From: Centroscyllium fabricii
Taxonomy: Eukaryota
NCBI GenBank assembly: GCA_051313645.2
Contig: JBNRSN020000007.1
Coordinates: 272,428,001 to 272,492,000, forward strand
DNA length: 64,000 bases
Reading direction: 5' to 3'
Positions 11,592 through 23,410 of the stretch are shown one piece after another. The position numbers and the translations under genes are program-made. Below the pieces are notes generated by a model. It made no database searches. It was not told the DNA's origin and saw only the letters and a program-made list of their open reading frames with translations. Every line of letters starts with the position of its first letter. Within the stretch, counting starts at the first letter, position 1.

Positions 11592-11948
11592 ACACGGTGG
11601 CGCAGTGGTTAGCACTGCTGCCTCGCAATAAGGACCTCCTGGGTTCCAATCCTGCTTGGCCCAGCACCCTCTCTGCGTGGAGTTTGCATGTTCTCCCCGT
11701 GTTCGTGTGGGTTTCCTCCGGGTACTCCGGTTTCCTCCCACCACCCAAAGACATGCAGGTTAGGTGAATTGGAGATACTAAAAAAAAATTGCCCATGAGT
11801 GTGAGATATAGTTCCTAGAGTTGGGGGTATCGGGGGATATGGGGAGAGGGTAGGCGGGGGCTACTGGGTTTGGATGATCAGCCATGTTCCCATCATAATG
11901 ACGGAGCAGGCTCGAAGGGCCAAATGGACGACTCCTATCTTCTGTTTA
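11592..11948 (+). mobile_element. V-SINE (HE1-like), subfamily B
   Basis: tRNA head ggtggcgcagtggttagcact, V-domain gagtttgcatgttctccccgtg...ccggtttcctccca, CR1-type tail. Confidence 0.88.
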
Positions 11949-11960
11949 TATACCTTTCCT

Positions 11961-13165
11961 TGTACCTATCAGGAAAGATTGAACAGGCTGGAGCTCTTTT
12001 CAAGACTGAGGGGGGTGACCTGATAGGGGCCTGCAAGCTTGTGAAAGGGTTTGATAGGGTAGATGTAGAGAAGATGTTTCCACTTGCGAGTGAGACCAGA
12101 ACCAGAGGCCATAAATATAAGATAGTCACTAATAAATCCAACAGGGAATTCAGGAGAAACTTCTTTACCCAGAGAGTTGTGAGAAAGTGGAACTCGCTAC
12201 CACAGGGAGTGGTTGAAACAAATAACACAGATGCATTAAAGGGGAGGCTAGATAAGGCATGAGGAAGAAAGGAATCGAAGGATAATTCAATTCAAGTTTT
12301 ATTGTCATTGCAGAGTACTAGTACAATACAACGAGACGAAGACTCGACGCTCCCGAGAGTAGTGCAAATAAATTACATGCAAATTGCATACAGTAAAGTA
12401 CATTTTCAGGTGTGCAGGTACCGGAGTTTTTTTATTTTTTTATTTTTTTTTATTTTTTATAAAAGAGTTCAGAAGGCTGACAGCCCTGGGGAAGAAGCTG
12501 TTCTTAAATCTAGTCGTGCGGGTGTGAATTGATCTGTAGCGTCTCCCGGAGGGCAGGGGGGGGCGAACAGACTGTGGCTGGGGTGTGTGGGGTCTTTAAT
12601 AATGTTCAGAGACCTCCGTAGGCAGCGTTTGAGGTGGATGCTTTCAATTGACGGTAGCTGGGTGCCGGTGATTCGTTGGGCAGTTTTGACTACCCGCTGC
12701 AGGGTCTTCCGGTCCGAGATGGTGCAATTTCCATACCAGACTGTGATGCAGCTTGTCAGTATGCTTTCGATTGTGCAGCAGTAGAAGTTGGAGAGGATGC
12801 CGGATGACAGCCTGGCTTTTTTCAGCTTCCTTAGGAAGTACAGGCGCTGTTGGGCCTTCTTAACCAGAGAGGAGGTGTTTAGTGACCAGGAGAGGTCTTC
12901 CGAGATGTGGACCCCGAGGAACTTGAAGCTGGACACCCTTTCCACCTCAGCCCCTTGGATGAAGATGGGGGGGTGTCTTCTGCTTCCAGTCCTCTGGAAG
13001 TCCACTATGATCTCCTTAGTTTTCTTGGTGTTCAGTGCCAGGTTGTTTTCGGCACACCATCCCACAAGGCGCTGGATCTCATCCCTGTAGGCTGACTCAT
13101 CGTTGTTGGTGATGTGTTGATGGGGTTAGATGGAGAGGTGGGAGGAGGCTCATATGGAACATAAG
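11961..13165 (+). mobile_element. CR1 LINE 3' fragment (pieces 11961-12284 and 13115-13165) split by Rex1
   Basis: GDLI...MFPL...TRGHKYKI...RRNFFTQRVV; the tail resumes after 13114. Confidence 0.8.
12285..13114 (-). mobile_element. Rex1/Babar LINE, 5'-truncated copy of the 4825-8300 family
   Basis: ORF 13065-12469 is nearly identical to ORF 7549-8142; same 3' UTR and (TTGAA)n tail. Confidence 0.92.
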
Positions 13166-13655
13166 TTAGCATTGTGGGTTAACATCGGAGGGTAGGGATG
13201 TCGGGGTTTCTAGGTCTGGCAGCTGAGTGCAACTGGTGAGGATATACACGGCAAATTGTGGTTTGCTCTGCATACAATAAACATTTTAAAACATTGCATT
13301 ATTCCTAATAGTACCTGCATTAAATTAGTCCTATTACGCATTTGAGTTCCAGGAATGCATATCAGTTTGCTGCTTGTTTCATTAGCAATTTTATGCTTTA
13401 AAAAAAATATATTCATAGTAATATCTGTATTTTACAACATCCTTGTTATCTTTTGGTCTGTGAAATAAGTAGCACAGAGGTTAAATCTTTATTTTTTTTA
13501 AATTGGCTAAAATAAACCGTATATTCAATTCTTGAATAAACTCTCTTCAAACTCCGTTTATACCTCGTAGCTTGAGAAGTTATTAAAAAATGCTGCAATT
13601 GTTTTACCTTGGGGAAATAATTTAAAAGTAGTTCAATCCTTAATAGCATTTTACT

Positions 13656-13798
13656 TACATAAGAAATAGGAGCAGGAGTCGGCCATTCGGCCCCTCGAGC
13701 CTGCTCAGCCATTCAATAAGATCATGACTGATCTGATCTTGGCCTCAACTCCACTTCCCTGCCTGCTCCCCATAACCCTTTATTCCCCTGTTTTTCAA
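13656..13798 (-). mobile_element. CR1 LINE 3' tail fragment
   Basis: acataagaaataggagcaggagtcggccattcggcccctcgagcctgc, the reverse complement of the CR1 tail seen repeatedly in the window. Confidence 0.75.
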
Positions 13799-14227
13799 AC
13801 CGAGGTCTGGTGGTGAAGTTGGTCAAGAAGAACTTGCATCAACTGACCAGTGGAAAAATATACAAGAGTATTTGAATTACAATAAATGTTCCTAAAATAA
13901 TACAGGTACACTCTGCTGAATGAGCATCTCCCCAATATATTCCATGTGCATTGTGTCCAGAGTTTCTATCATGACTCACTATTTTGAATTTGAAGTATAT
14001 AAGCTGCAAACTACCAAATGTTTAGATACTGCATTAACTCATTCAGACTCAGAAATGTTTAAACTCCGTGACGTCTCCATTATTGAAGAGGAAGTATGTA
14101 CAATATGAAATGTTCCTTCCTCCATCCGATTGAAGCCATAATGTGGAGGTGCCGGTGTTGGACTGGGGTGGACAAATGCAAGAAGTCACACAACACCAGA
14201 TTATGGTCCAAAGGTTTTATTTTAAAA

Positions 14228-14263
14228 CACAAGCTTTCGGAGCTTCTGCCCCTTCGTCAGGTG
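14228..14263 (-). ncRNA. Minimal hammerhead ribozyme motif, intact
   Basis: Minus strand: CAC-CTGACGA-A-GGGGC-agaa-GCTCC-GAAA-GCTT-GTG. Confidence 0.72.
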
Positions 14264-14547
14264 AAAGAGAAGCTGACTTAAAGAATGCACATGTGTGATG
14301 AGAGAAATTTGATATCTCCCACATCACACCTCCATAGAGCTAGACACAGAAAGGCTTATTAACACATTTTAAGTGTTACATTTAAATATAGCATATATAG
14401 AGAGATTATCTCTCTCTATATATGCTATATTTAAATGTAACACTTAAAATGTGTTAATAAGCCTTTCTGTGTCTAGCTCTATGGAGGTGTGATGTGGGAG
14501 ATATCAGATTTCTCTCATCACACATGTGCGTTCTTTAAGCCAGACTC

Positions 14548-14585
14548 TCACCTGACGAAGGGGCAAAAGCTCCGAAAGCTTGTGA
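14548..14585 (+). ncRNA. Minimal hammerhead ribozyme motif, intact
   Basis: TCAC-CTGACGA-A-GGGGC-aaaa-GCTCC-GAAA-GCTT-GTGA: 4-bp helix I, 5-bp helix II, palindromic helix III. Confidence 0.75.
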
Positions 14586-14931
14586 TTTAAAATAAAACCG
14601 TTGGACTATAATCTGGTGTTGTGTGACTTCTTGCATTCATCCGATTGAAGATGGTGTTATTGATTGATTTTTTCCCATATGCTGAGACATCACTGAGTCT
14701 AGTAGTTGCTTTCCCACCTCCAGCCACTTTCAGTTCGGTTTTGATATACAGTATTGGCTTTTCACTTTAGCTCTTCCAGGGTTATGTACAATTATGCTTC
14801 CGGTTCTATAATATTAATGGAAAGGTGAAGGAATGATTCTGACGGCAAGGTGATAACCTAAGCATACTGGAGGCAATCTCTAGTTGCTACTGAAACAGAC
14901 TTATTAATTGTGCCTGTTCTCCATATTTAAG

Positions 14932-15291
14932 GATACAGATGCATGGTCTGATCTGTCATGCTTCGATTTACCGGAGGATCTCGTCAAACAGACTCCCGAT
15001 AAGACCACACAGCCAACTTTGACAGAATACCGCATTGATGCAAATACCATCTCCGACCTGAGCAAAAGTGCAAAGAAAGGGGAACTCATCCCCATGATCA
15101 CCTCCCCGGTTGCAGGAAGCTTCAGTACACCACCCACAATCCTGAGGCGCAAGAGGAAAACCAAAATTACACTTTCACCGGTTAATGATAGCAGTTACAG
15201 CAATAGTTTTACAATCTTTGAAAGCAGTACCAGCAGCAGCATGACTCCGAAAAGTACTCCAGTGAAGACTTTGCCTTTCTCGCCATCACAG
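14932..15291 (+). CDS. MYBL2: MYBL2 exon (DTDAWSDLSCFDLPED...TPKSTPVKTLPFSPSQ)
   Basis: ag/gt boundaries, 360 bp. B-Myb-diagnostic DAWxDLSxFDLPE, TEYRIDxxTISDLS, GELIP and TPKSTPVKTLPFSPSQ. Confidence 0.96.
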
Positions 15292-15934
15292 GTAATATTA
15301 CAGTACAGAGCAATCGTCTTTCTGACCCTCCAGGCTGATGTTATATAGCAAAATAGGAATGTGTACATGACCAGAGAAGACCAGTATGGTAAATCTGGCC
15401 AGTCTGACTAGAAGTTTAGCTGTGGTTTATAGTCAACAATTACTAGGTTCCTTTTACAAAATGGGACAACTTGAAGCCATCCCACTTTTCTTTAAACCTT
15501 CTGTAAGAAGTGTTGAATTACCTGAAATTTAAAATGGGTTACGAGATTGTAAGCCAAATTTTTGTGTATATAGTTTCCCTATCCTAACCCCCCCCTCCTC
15601 CTACTCCACTCATGGGTCCTCTCTTTCTAATTTTGTTTTTCTGTGGGAGACTGTGCTTCAATGGCAGTGTATGGCTGCTGAGTAGTCAGGAGTGCTGATC
15701 AGCTCTGTCCACGATACTCATCAGTGTGGTTAAGCGAAGAGGAAATTTTACAGCTGGTTTTGCAATCTTGAATAGGTGATTCTTGGTTCAATGATTTTAT
15801 TCTGCAGATCAATTTAACTTTATATACACAAGGCATTTGTTAATAAAGTTTCAGGTGTGGGTATTAGCAGGCTGAAATTGTTTATAGAAAATTTTTTTTT
15901 TACAGATTTATTTTTCCCTTTCCTCCCCTTACAG

Positions 15935-16077
15935 TTTTTGAACTTCTGGACCAAACAAGATAATCTTGATATAGAGAATCCGTCTCTTACCTCTACACCA
16001 GTTTGTAGCCAGAAACTCATTGTTACAGCCCCACTTCAGCGAGACTACACGCCCAAACTTCAAAAGGAGAATTCGGT
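15935..16077 (+). CDS. MYBL2: MYBL2 exon ([27 protein letters not shown]...)
   Basis: ttacag acceptor, gtaagt donor, 143 bp (phase 0 to 2). Matches B-Myb FLNFWNKQD...[12 protein letters not shown]. Confidence 0.96.
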
Positions 16078-16469
16078 GTAAGTAACTAAGCTAGTAGGCG
16101 ATTCCAGATTTCCTTATTTTCCACTATTCAAATGGTGCAATCGGTGGACGTATTCATCTTATTTATTGTAAAGTATCTAACACATGCTAATACAGAACCC
16201 TTAATTTCCTTATTTCATTTCTCTAGCAACAAAGATCAACAGTTGTAAACCGGAACTGTTTTGCTTATTCACTTGATCGATCAATCAGAGAGTCCTGGAA
16301 CTAACCGTTCCAATTATATGGGGCGATGCCTCTGATTTGCACTCTCTATGCGGGGTAAACTTTGTTGGTAGTCCTATACCATGGAACTAATGCTAAATCA
16401 TCAGAGCTGGTTAAATCCTGCTGAGAAAGTTGTTCATTTTTCTTATAGGCTCCTGGAAACGTAAGACTT

Positions 16470-17240
16470 GCTCTTGAACTACATCGGATATAGGGCACGG
16501 AAACAGGCCATTCGGCCCAACCAGTCCATGCCGGCGTTTATGCTCCACTCGAGCCGCCTCCCGTCTTTCCTCATCTAAATCTATCAGCGTAACCCTCTAA
16601 TCACTTACATAGAAACATAGAAGATAGGAGCAGGAGTATGCCATTCGGCCCTTCGAGCCTGCTCCGCCATTCAATGAGCTCATGGCTGATCATCCAAACC
16701 CAGCACCCTGTCCCTGCCTTCTCCGCATATCCCTCGATCCCTATCGAGCCCGCACCGACACATATCCCACCCTATCCCCGTAACCCCACATATTCAATCC
16801 CCCTAACACTAAGGGTCAATTTATCATGGCCAATCAACCTAACCCGCACATCTTTGGACTGATGGGAGGAAACTGGAGCACTCGGAGGAAACCCACGCAG
16901 ACACGGGGAGAATGTGCAAACTCCACACAGATAGTACCCGAGGCTGGATTTGAACCCGGGTCTCCAGTGCTGTGAGACAACAGTGCTTGCCACCGTGCCG
17001 CCCTCATATGCTTGTCCAGCCTCCCTTTAAATGCATCTATACTATTCGCTTCAACCACTCCCTGTTGTAGCGAGTTCCACATTCTCACTACTTTTTGGGT
17101 AAAGAAGTTTCTTCTGAATTCCCTATTGGATTTCTTGGTGACTATATCTTATATTGATGACCTCTAGTTAGTTATGCTCTTCCCCACAAGTGGAAACATT
17201 CTCTCTCTCTCAAAAATTTTCATAATTTTATTTCATCTAT
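16470..17240 (-). mobile_element. CR1 LINE 3' fragment (pieces 16470-16606 and 17004-17240) split by a V-SINE
   Basis: Reverse complement of the CR1 family at 11961-13165 (MWNSLQQGVVEANSIDAFKGRLDKHM). Confidence 0.8.
16607..17003 (-). mobile_element. V-SINE (HE1-like), subfamily A
   Basis: Head gggcggcacggtggc, V-domain, CR1 tail ending ctatgtttctatgt. Confidence 0.88.
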
Positions 17241-18048
17241 ATGTTCCCGGCGGCGCAAGTACATTTAAAGCTTGCATGATTTAGAAGTTTTGTAGCTTCA
17301 CAATAAAATCCCTTTTTAAACTAAATTATAATGCTGAGTTGTACCAGATGATGCAAAAATCAATGATTTACAATTTTTTTAAATGCTTAAAGCAAGCCAT
17401 TTATTGATTGTGTGGCCAATACATGGTAAGCCAATGTAGTGAGACCATTGCTGAGACTGCGTACAGAAAGTTGCACGAGCTACTATTTTAACGAAGTAAA
17501 TAAAAATGTAGTTGTCAAAGCTGTGTCGATCTCAAAGACCTGACATGAGATTCCACTGAGATTTAATTTACTGCGCAACTTTGTGAAAGTGCAGATTTAA
17601 TCACTTAAGCAAAGCACATGAAATGTATAATTTAAACCGACCTCCCAATATAATTAACTGTCAAGTATTTAATGCACAAAGCAAATGGCTGATATCAACA
17701 AATGCTGACTTATGTCTCAGTAATTAACTCTAGATTATGGCTTCAACAGTAATTATGTCAGCTACGTTATCTGCATCTGTTGGCATAAAGTAAACACGTC
17801 CAAAAACTCCCCACCAACTATATTTTTTCAGAAAAGCGGGGTGGGGGGAGAAATAATACTGCAGTAATCATTTAGTTAGGGTGGGAGGGAGGGCTTTGGA
17901 TGATGGCTGTAAATTGCTTGAATTTTGCTGTCTGTTTGTGATTCTGAATTCCTTAATGAGATTGCTACTCTGTCAGTCCTGGGCACCTATTTTCTAATGT
18001 AAGCACTGGGCATATTATTATAGTAACATTCAGTGCGAGTTGTGGTAC

Positions 18049-18050
<2 letters not shown>

Positions 18051-18106
<56 letters not shown>
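18051..18106. repeat. (GT)28 microsatellite
   Basis: Perfect dinucleotide run. Confidence 0.97.
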
Positions 18107-18108
<2 letters not shown>

Positions 18109-19069
18109 TCTTAACGCTGAACTCCGCTGCTACTTGTTCATATAAATGTAAGTACTTGGGTATAATACTGTAGAGTACCATAGAAATGTTTTTTCCAACT
18201 CGTAGAGAATTTTATCTTGTTTGTTTCCAGCTTTGTGGGCTCATGAAGATATTTTGGTGCTTGACTTTTGAGTTCGGGCTCAACATTTTTATCCATCTCA
18301 ACTGTGGATCAAGCTTTACAATCTATATTGTTAGAGAGCTTTTAATGTCCTAACACAAAGCTTCCAGTTCCTGCGTGAATTTGGTCTGAGTTCCAGTGGA
18401 GGTCTAAGAAGAGCGTTAAGTAGCTCAAAGAAATGGTGTTAAAGACCTTTTTGTAATCCAGGTCAAGAAATGTGCAATCATCCACCAGTTGTCTTCCACA
18501 CCCATTCTCATGAATTTGGGTTGCATGTTTCACAACATTTTCTTCCATGTAGCTCTGCAAAACTAGGGGTTCGGTGTCCCATGAACGCACGCTGTGCTAA
18601 TCCTAAAAACAGGCACAATATCCACACTTGCCCCAAAAGTTGTAAGGGAAGCAGCAGCACAGAATATTTTATATACTGATAAATTGCAGAGCAGAATGTA
18701 AAATTGTTGGGGGAGACTTTTCTGGGTCCACGTCCAGGCACAACAGATCGCCTGGATGTAGTGAATGTTCGAAAATCGGGTGGGTAAGAAATGCATGTTT
18801 GTAAAGGAACCCATCTGATTTGGATGGGCGGGTTCCCTTTACAGCTGTGCGCTTCCATCCACTTGATTTTCTGATATTCACCATGCCCAGGCAATCCAGT
18901 GCACTAGGGCATAGAGCCAGGAAAATCTCCTAGTGACCAGAACGATCAACTTTAGCGGCCAGCGCTGCTGTCAGTGGAAATGTCATCATACTGCAGAAAG
19001 GCTGTTGGTGCAATTGTAACACACTTGCAGATTTAAGAAATGCACACAGTACATAATCAAACTGTTTTA

Positions 19070-19952
19070 CTGTAAATAGCAAGGAGGGAAGCCTCAGTCT
19101 GCAGGACAATATAGATGGGTTGGTCAGATGGGCAGAACAGTGGCAAATGGAATTTAACCCTGAAAAGTGTGAGGTGATGCATTTTGGAAGGACTAACAAG
19201 GCAAGGGAATACACAATGAATGGTAAGACACAAGGAAAGACAGAGGATCAGAGGGACCTTGGTGTGTATGTACATAGATCCCTGAAGGCAGCAGGACAGG
19301 TGGATAAGGTGGTTAAAAAGGCATATGGGATACTTGCCTTCATTAGCCGAGGCATAAAATATAAGAGCAGGGAGGTTATGATGGAGCTGTACAAAACGCT
19401 GGTAAGACCACAGCTGGAGTGCTGCGTGCAGTTCTGGTCGCCACACTATAGGAAGGATGTGATTGCTTTGGAGAGGGTGCAGAGGAGATTCACCAGGATG
19501 TTACCTGGGCTGGAGAGCTTCAGCTATGAAGAAAGACTGGACAGGCTGGGGTTGTTTTCCTTGGAGCAGAGAAGGCTGAGGGGGGACCTGATTGAGGTGC
19601 ACAAAATTATGAGGGGCATAGATAGGGTAGATAGAAAGGAACTTTTTCCCTTGGTAGAGGGGTCAATAACAAGGGGGCATAGTTTCAGGGTAAGAGGCCG
19701 GAGGTTTAGAGGGGATTTGAGGAAGAACTTTTTCACCCAGAGGGTGGTTGGAATCTGGAGCTCACTGCCTACAAGGGTGGTAGAGGCAGGAACCCTCAAC
19801 ATTCAAGAAGCATTTAGATGAGCACTTGAAATGCCATAGCATACAAGGCTACGGACCAAATGCAGAAAAATGGGATTAGAATTTACTGGGTTTGATGGAT
19901 GGCGCAGATGCGATGGGCTGAAGGGCCTCTTTCTGTGCTGTATGACTCTATA
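19070..19952 (+). mobile_element. CR1 LINE 3' part
   Basis: ORF 19120-19821: WQMEFNPEKC, LVRPQLE, LERVQRR, RRLRGDLI, FFTQRVV; tail gctgtatgactcta. Confidence 0.92.
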
Positions 19953-21008
19953 TTTCAATAAAACATCTAATTCGCACCTTTCATCTGGTTCTGCTTAGTT
20001 AACCTAATGCATATAACGTTTGAATAAAGCACATTAATGGAAAATTAATTATTGCTATTTATTTTATGCGTTAAGCTGATTAAGAAAAATCCTAGTATAA
20101 ATAGTGTTTATTTCACCACAGTATCAATACCTTCATTCCTGCTATTAAAGATTTTCTGCTAAACTGTGTGATAACATTGGTGCTTTTTAAAATCTTTTTG
20201 CACGGCCACCATGCCTTCTAGTTATCTGCTGCAATAAAATTTTAAAGGAACTGGATGAAACAAGCCACCACCCCAGCCTCTCTCAAAATAAACCCAAATT
20301 GGTTCACTCACAAAGGCTGCTTCTCTATCATGTTCAGCCAAGTGCCCTGTATCTTAAATGAGAAGAAGTGCTTTGTAATATTTTGGGTTTTGCTCTCAAA
20401 AACCATGTGACAAAAAGGACCACCATATTAGATTGAAGGCTCTAATCAAAAAGAAAAGTTCAATTGCATTTTTTTAACTACACAAAACCAAGTTCGGAAC
20501 ACACACGCTATGAAAACGGAGAATATTGCACTGGAAATTGAGTAGTGTTTATTTCACAAGTGCGAACTTGTGCACCTCAAGACTTTTGAGAGTTGTGTGG
20601 GCGTTTTTACATATGAATTAGAATCGTAATTACCAGCCTGCTGCGATTATCCTCTAACTTAAAAAAAGATAATGCCTGGTATTTGGTTCTTTGATAGCAT
20701 TTGCAGCGTTCAGTACACTTGTTTTCCTGGCTTTGCTGGGATAGTAATTTTTCACATAAAATATTAGCTTTTAAAGTGCATAATGGGAAATTTTACGGTC
20801 ATGTTTAAAGGTTTGTACCTGTATTCTTTTTCTTGGAACTGATTTTGAAGTAGCTGCACAATTTCTGTATCCAATACTAGAAGGAAAGAGAAGTACTGGT
20901 CATTGAATATTACTGTACTGCTTCAGTCATGTAATCGATTGTAATGCTTGTATTTGAAGAAATATGAAATGTGTGAATTGTTCCATTGACCAGTTTTTAT
21001 CGTTGTAG

Positions 21009-21111
21009 GTTTCGAACACCCAGAAGTCGCAGATCTCTTTTGGACAGCACACCAAGAACACCGACTCCATTCAAAAATGGGCTGGAAAAATATGGAGCAG
21101 TAAAGCCTCGT
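21009..21111 (+). CDS. MYBL2: MYBL2 exon (FRTPRSRRSLLDSTPRTPTPFKNGLEKYGAVKPR)
   Basis: tgtag acceptor, gtacgt donor, phase 2 to 0; Myb-family TPxTPTPFKN motif. Confidence 0.95.
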
Positions 21112-21208
21112 GTACGTATTGGCTACTTCATGGAAGATGAATTTCAAGTTCCATATTTTTCCTGAAATATTTTTTAATTGTATCTCTTTCCCTTTTGCAT
21201 AAATCTAG

Positions 21209-21304
21209 TATCCAATGCCTCATTTTGAGGAAGATCTAAAAGAGGGTTTGAGGAGCATTTTGCAGGAAGAGGAAGCCCAGTTAGTAAAAAGAAAGCAGCA
21301 CGGG
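21209..21304 (+). CDS. MYBL2: MYBL2 exon (YPMPHFEEDLKEGLRSILQ...KQHG)
   Basis: ctag acceptor, gttagt donor, 96 bp. Resembles B-Myb PHLEEDLKEVLRS. Preceded by a 97-bp intron. Confidence 0.92.
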
Positions 21305-22082
21305 GTTAGTGTGTGCATGTGTTCAGTCAGTGGTTACCTCTATTTTCTATTTCGTTAGACTGTTTTTTAATCCACATTTTTAATTGAGTTTTCAAATGTA
21401 TGTTCACATTTTATGAAGCTATTATATATATTTTTCTTTTAATATCTATTTATGGAGGTGTTTGCATCAAGAGATTAAATTATTCAATACAACAGTGGAA
21501 TTAAAATAAAACCTCCTTTTCGATAAATGTCACTAATCAGAATCTGTTAAACTAGAAGAAAGGTCATTTTGGTTTTTCTGCTTCAGTTGGTGTCTTAGTC
21601 ACTCCTCATAATATAGTGTTCAATGTTCAGGAAACTTTTCTACTATCCTCCTACAAAGTTTATCAAATGAATTACTGTCCCTTTTGGAAGTATGATGACC
21701 ATTGTTCTCCGTGAGCACCAGCTCTTCACTTAAACTTGGCTCCCAAATTCCTAGACCTCTCTGCCGTCAAGACTAGGCTTCTCCACAAGACTAGTGATCT
21801 AGTGGATCGCGAGGATGGGTCCTATAGGATGCATGAGGCACAATATTCAGGGTTTTCTCCGAAATGTCTCAAAGGGACAAATCTCAGTGGTTCCATGACT
21901 TAACCTTATCGCACAATATATGAAATGCAGCTTTTAGTTGGTCAATATTATTTATAGAAGGCATTTTATAATTGTGCCTTGCGACATGTTAAAAATTTGT
22001 AATGTGGAACGTTATGTGATTTCTTCAAAATTCTGCAAAGAGGCATCTTCTGAGTAAGGCCTCACTATTCTTCTTTGTATAG

Positions 22083-22196
22083 CTACACCGACCTCTTATG
22101 AAGAAAGTACGAAAGTCTCTTGCTTTGGACATTTTGGAAAAGGATGGGAGTAATGCAAAGCAGGATGTGTCCAGCACCATCAGCACACACAAAAAG
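22083..22196 (+). CDS. MYBL2: MYBL2 exon (LHRPLMKKVRKSLALDIL...HKK)
   Basis: tatag acceptor, gtaac donor, 114 bp; conserved KKVRKSLALDI. Confidence 0.94.
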
Positions 22197-22737
22197 GTAA
22201 CTTGCCCGCAAATATAGGTATACAAGATGTGTGGTCTGCAATAAGAATCCCATTAACTGTAACATATGACTTGATTGTGTTTGAAAACAGTTGAAACATT
22301 TCTTTGCTTTTACTGCTTGACTTGCTTTCTATTTCAAATGATACTCCAGAGCCAGAGGCCTGTCTTCAATAACTGGTTGAAGTATTTGTGTTGACTGTGC
22401 TATTTTTAGCCGTCATCTAAACAGTTGCATAACAGATTTCAGAAAGAACAGATAAAAGTAGGAGTTTTGATGATCTAGAGATGATGTTTGGCCAGTTGGC
22501 TTTCAGTACAGCTGGAATTAAGCAGACCGCTTAGCCATGACATTCACTTATTGCTAGGTCTGTATGGAAATGGGTAGGTGTTTTTTTTTTTTTTTGGTGG
22601 GGTCAAGGGGAAAGGAAGTTCTTCAACTCTCTCCTGAATGCTGATATTCTTCATCGAATCTCCTGGCTTAGTTTTTCACCTATATATCAATCTTCGGCCC
22701 TGTCAAAAGTTTTGAGCAAGCCCTGATTTTTTTCAAT

Positions 22738-23225
22738 AAGAACATAAGAAATAGGGGCAGGAGTAGGCCAATCGGCCCCTCGAGCCTGCTCCGCCATTCA
22801 ACAAGATCATGGCTGATCCGATCCTAACCTCAATTTTATTTTTACTCTCCACCCCGCCCAGACCCATGTGATCACCTGGGAGAGGCGAAAAACCAGATTA
22901 AAAACCCAGTAGCCAATTTGGGAGAAAAAAATCAGGAAAATTCCTCTCCGATCCATCTAGGCGATCGAAAACTGGTCCAGGAGATCACATGGCCGATCTG
23001 AACCTAGCCTCACGTCCACTTACCTGCCCGCTCACCATAACCCCTAATTCTCTTTAATTCCAGGAAACTGTCTATCTCAGTTTTAAATTTATTCAACGTA
23101 GTAGCTTCTACAGCTCTCTGGGGCAGCAAATTCCACAGCCCCACCACCCTCTGAGTGAAGAAGTTTCTCCTCATCTCAGTTTTGAAATGGCAGCCCCTTA
23201 TTTTAAGATTATGCCCCCTAGTTCA
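22738..23225 (-). mobile_element. CR1 LINE 3' fragment with extended structured 3' UTR
   Basis: Minus-strand RRNFFTQRVV region and cttatgttcttat tail, with an extra ~170 bp segment at ~22833-23000. Confidence 0.8.
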
Positions 23226-23410
23226 ATCATATTAGGCAAACCCTAAAGGGTGCTTAACTGCTGAAATAGAATGGTTTCTGAGGGTAAGTTGAATCTTTAT
23301 ATAAAACTAGAAGCTGTTTTTTTAAAAAAAGGGACAGTCTGTTAACAAATACATGCTCCAACACCAGGAGGGCTCATCGTGCGATTGTTTTTGTCTTCTC
23401 TTCTAAGCAG

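Larger units (their letters stand above)
14136..14637. mobile_element. Penelope-derived hairpin-tail element 2
   Basis: ~230 bp inverted arms centred near 14407 with almost no loop, tail on the left (14136-14175), TSD catccgattgaag at 14123-14135 and 14638-14650. Confidence 0.9.

Noticed and set aside
11592-11660. tRNA genes at V-SINE heads (also 37559 and the minus-strand copies)
   Set aside because: Only A/B boxes are retained, and each is followed by the V-domain and CR1 tail, so they are SINEs.
2789-14637. Recurring ~80-bp motif as a CRISPR-like array
   Set aside because: Copies are dispersed, in both orientations, have no regular spacers and match a retroelement terminus; the context is vertebrate.
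14136-14637. Hairpin elements as ordinary cut-and-paste MITEs
   Set aside because: The one-sided tail, 12-13 bp TSDs of unrelated sequence, outward AATAAA, hammerhead cores and Penelope ORF remnant point to retrotransposition.
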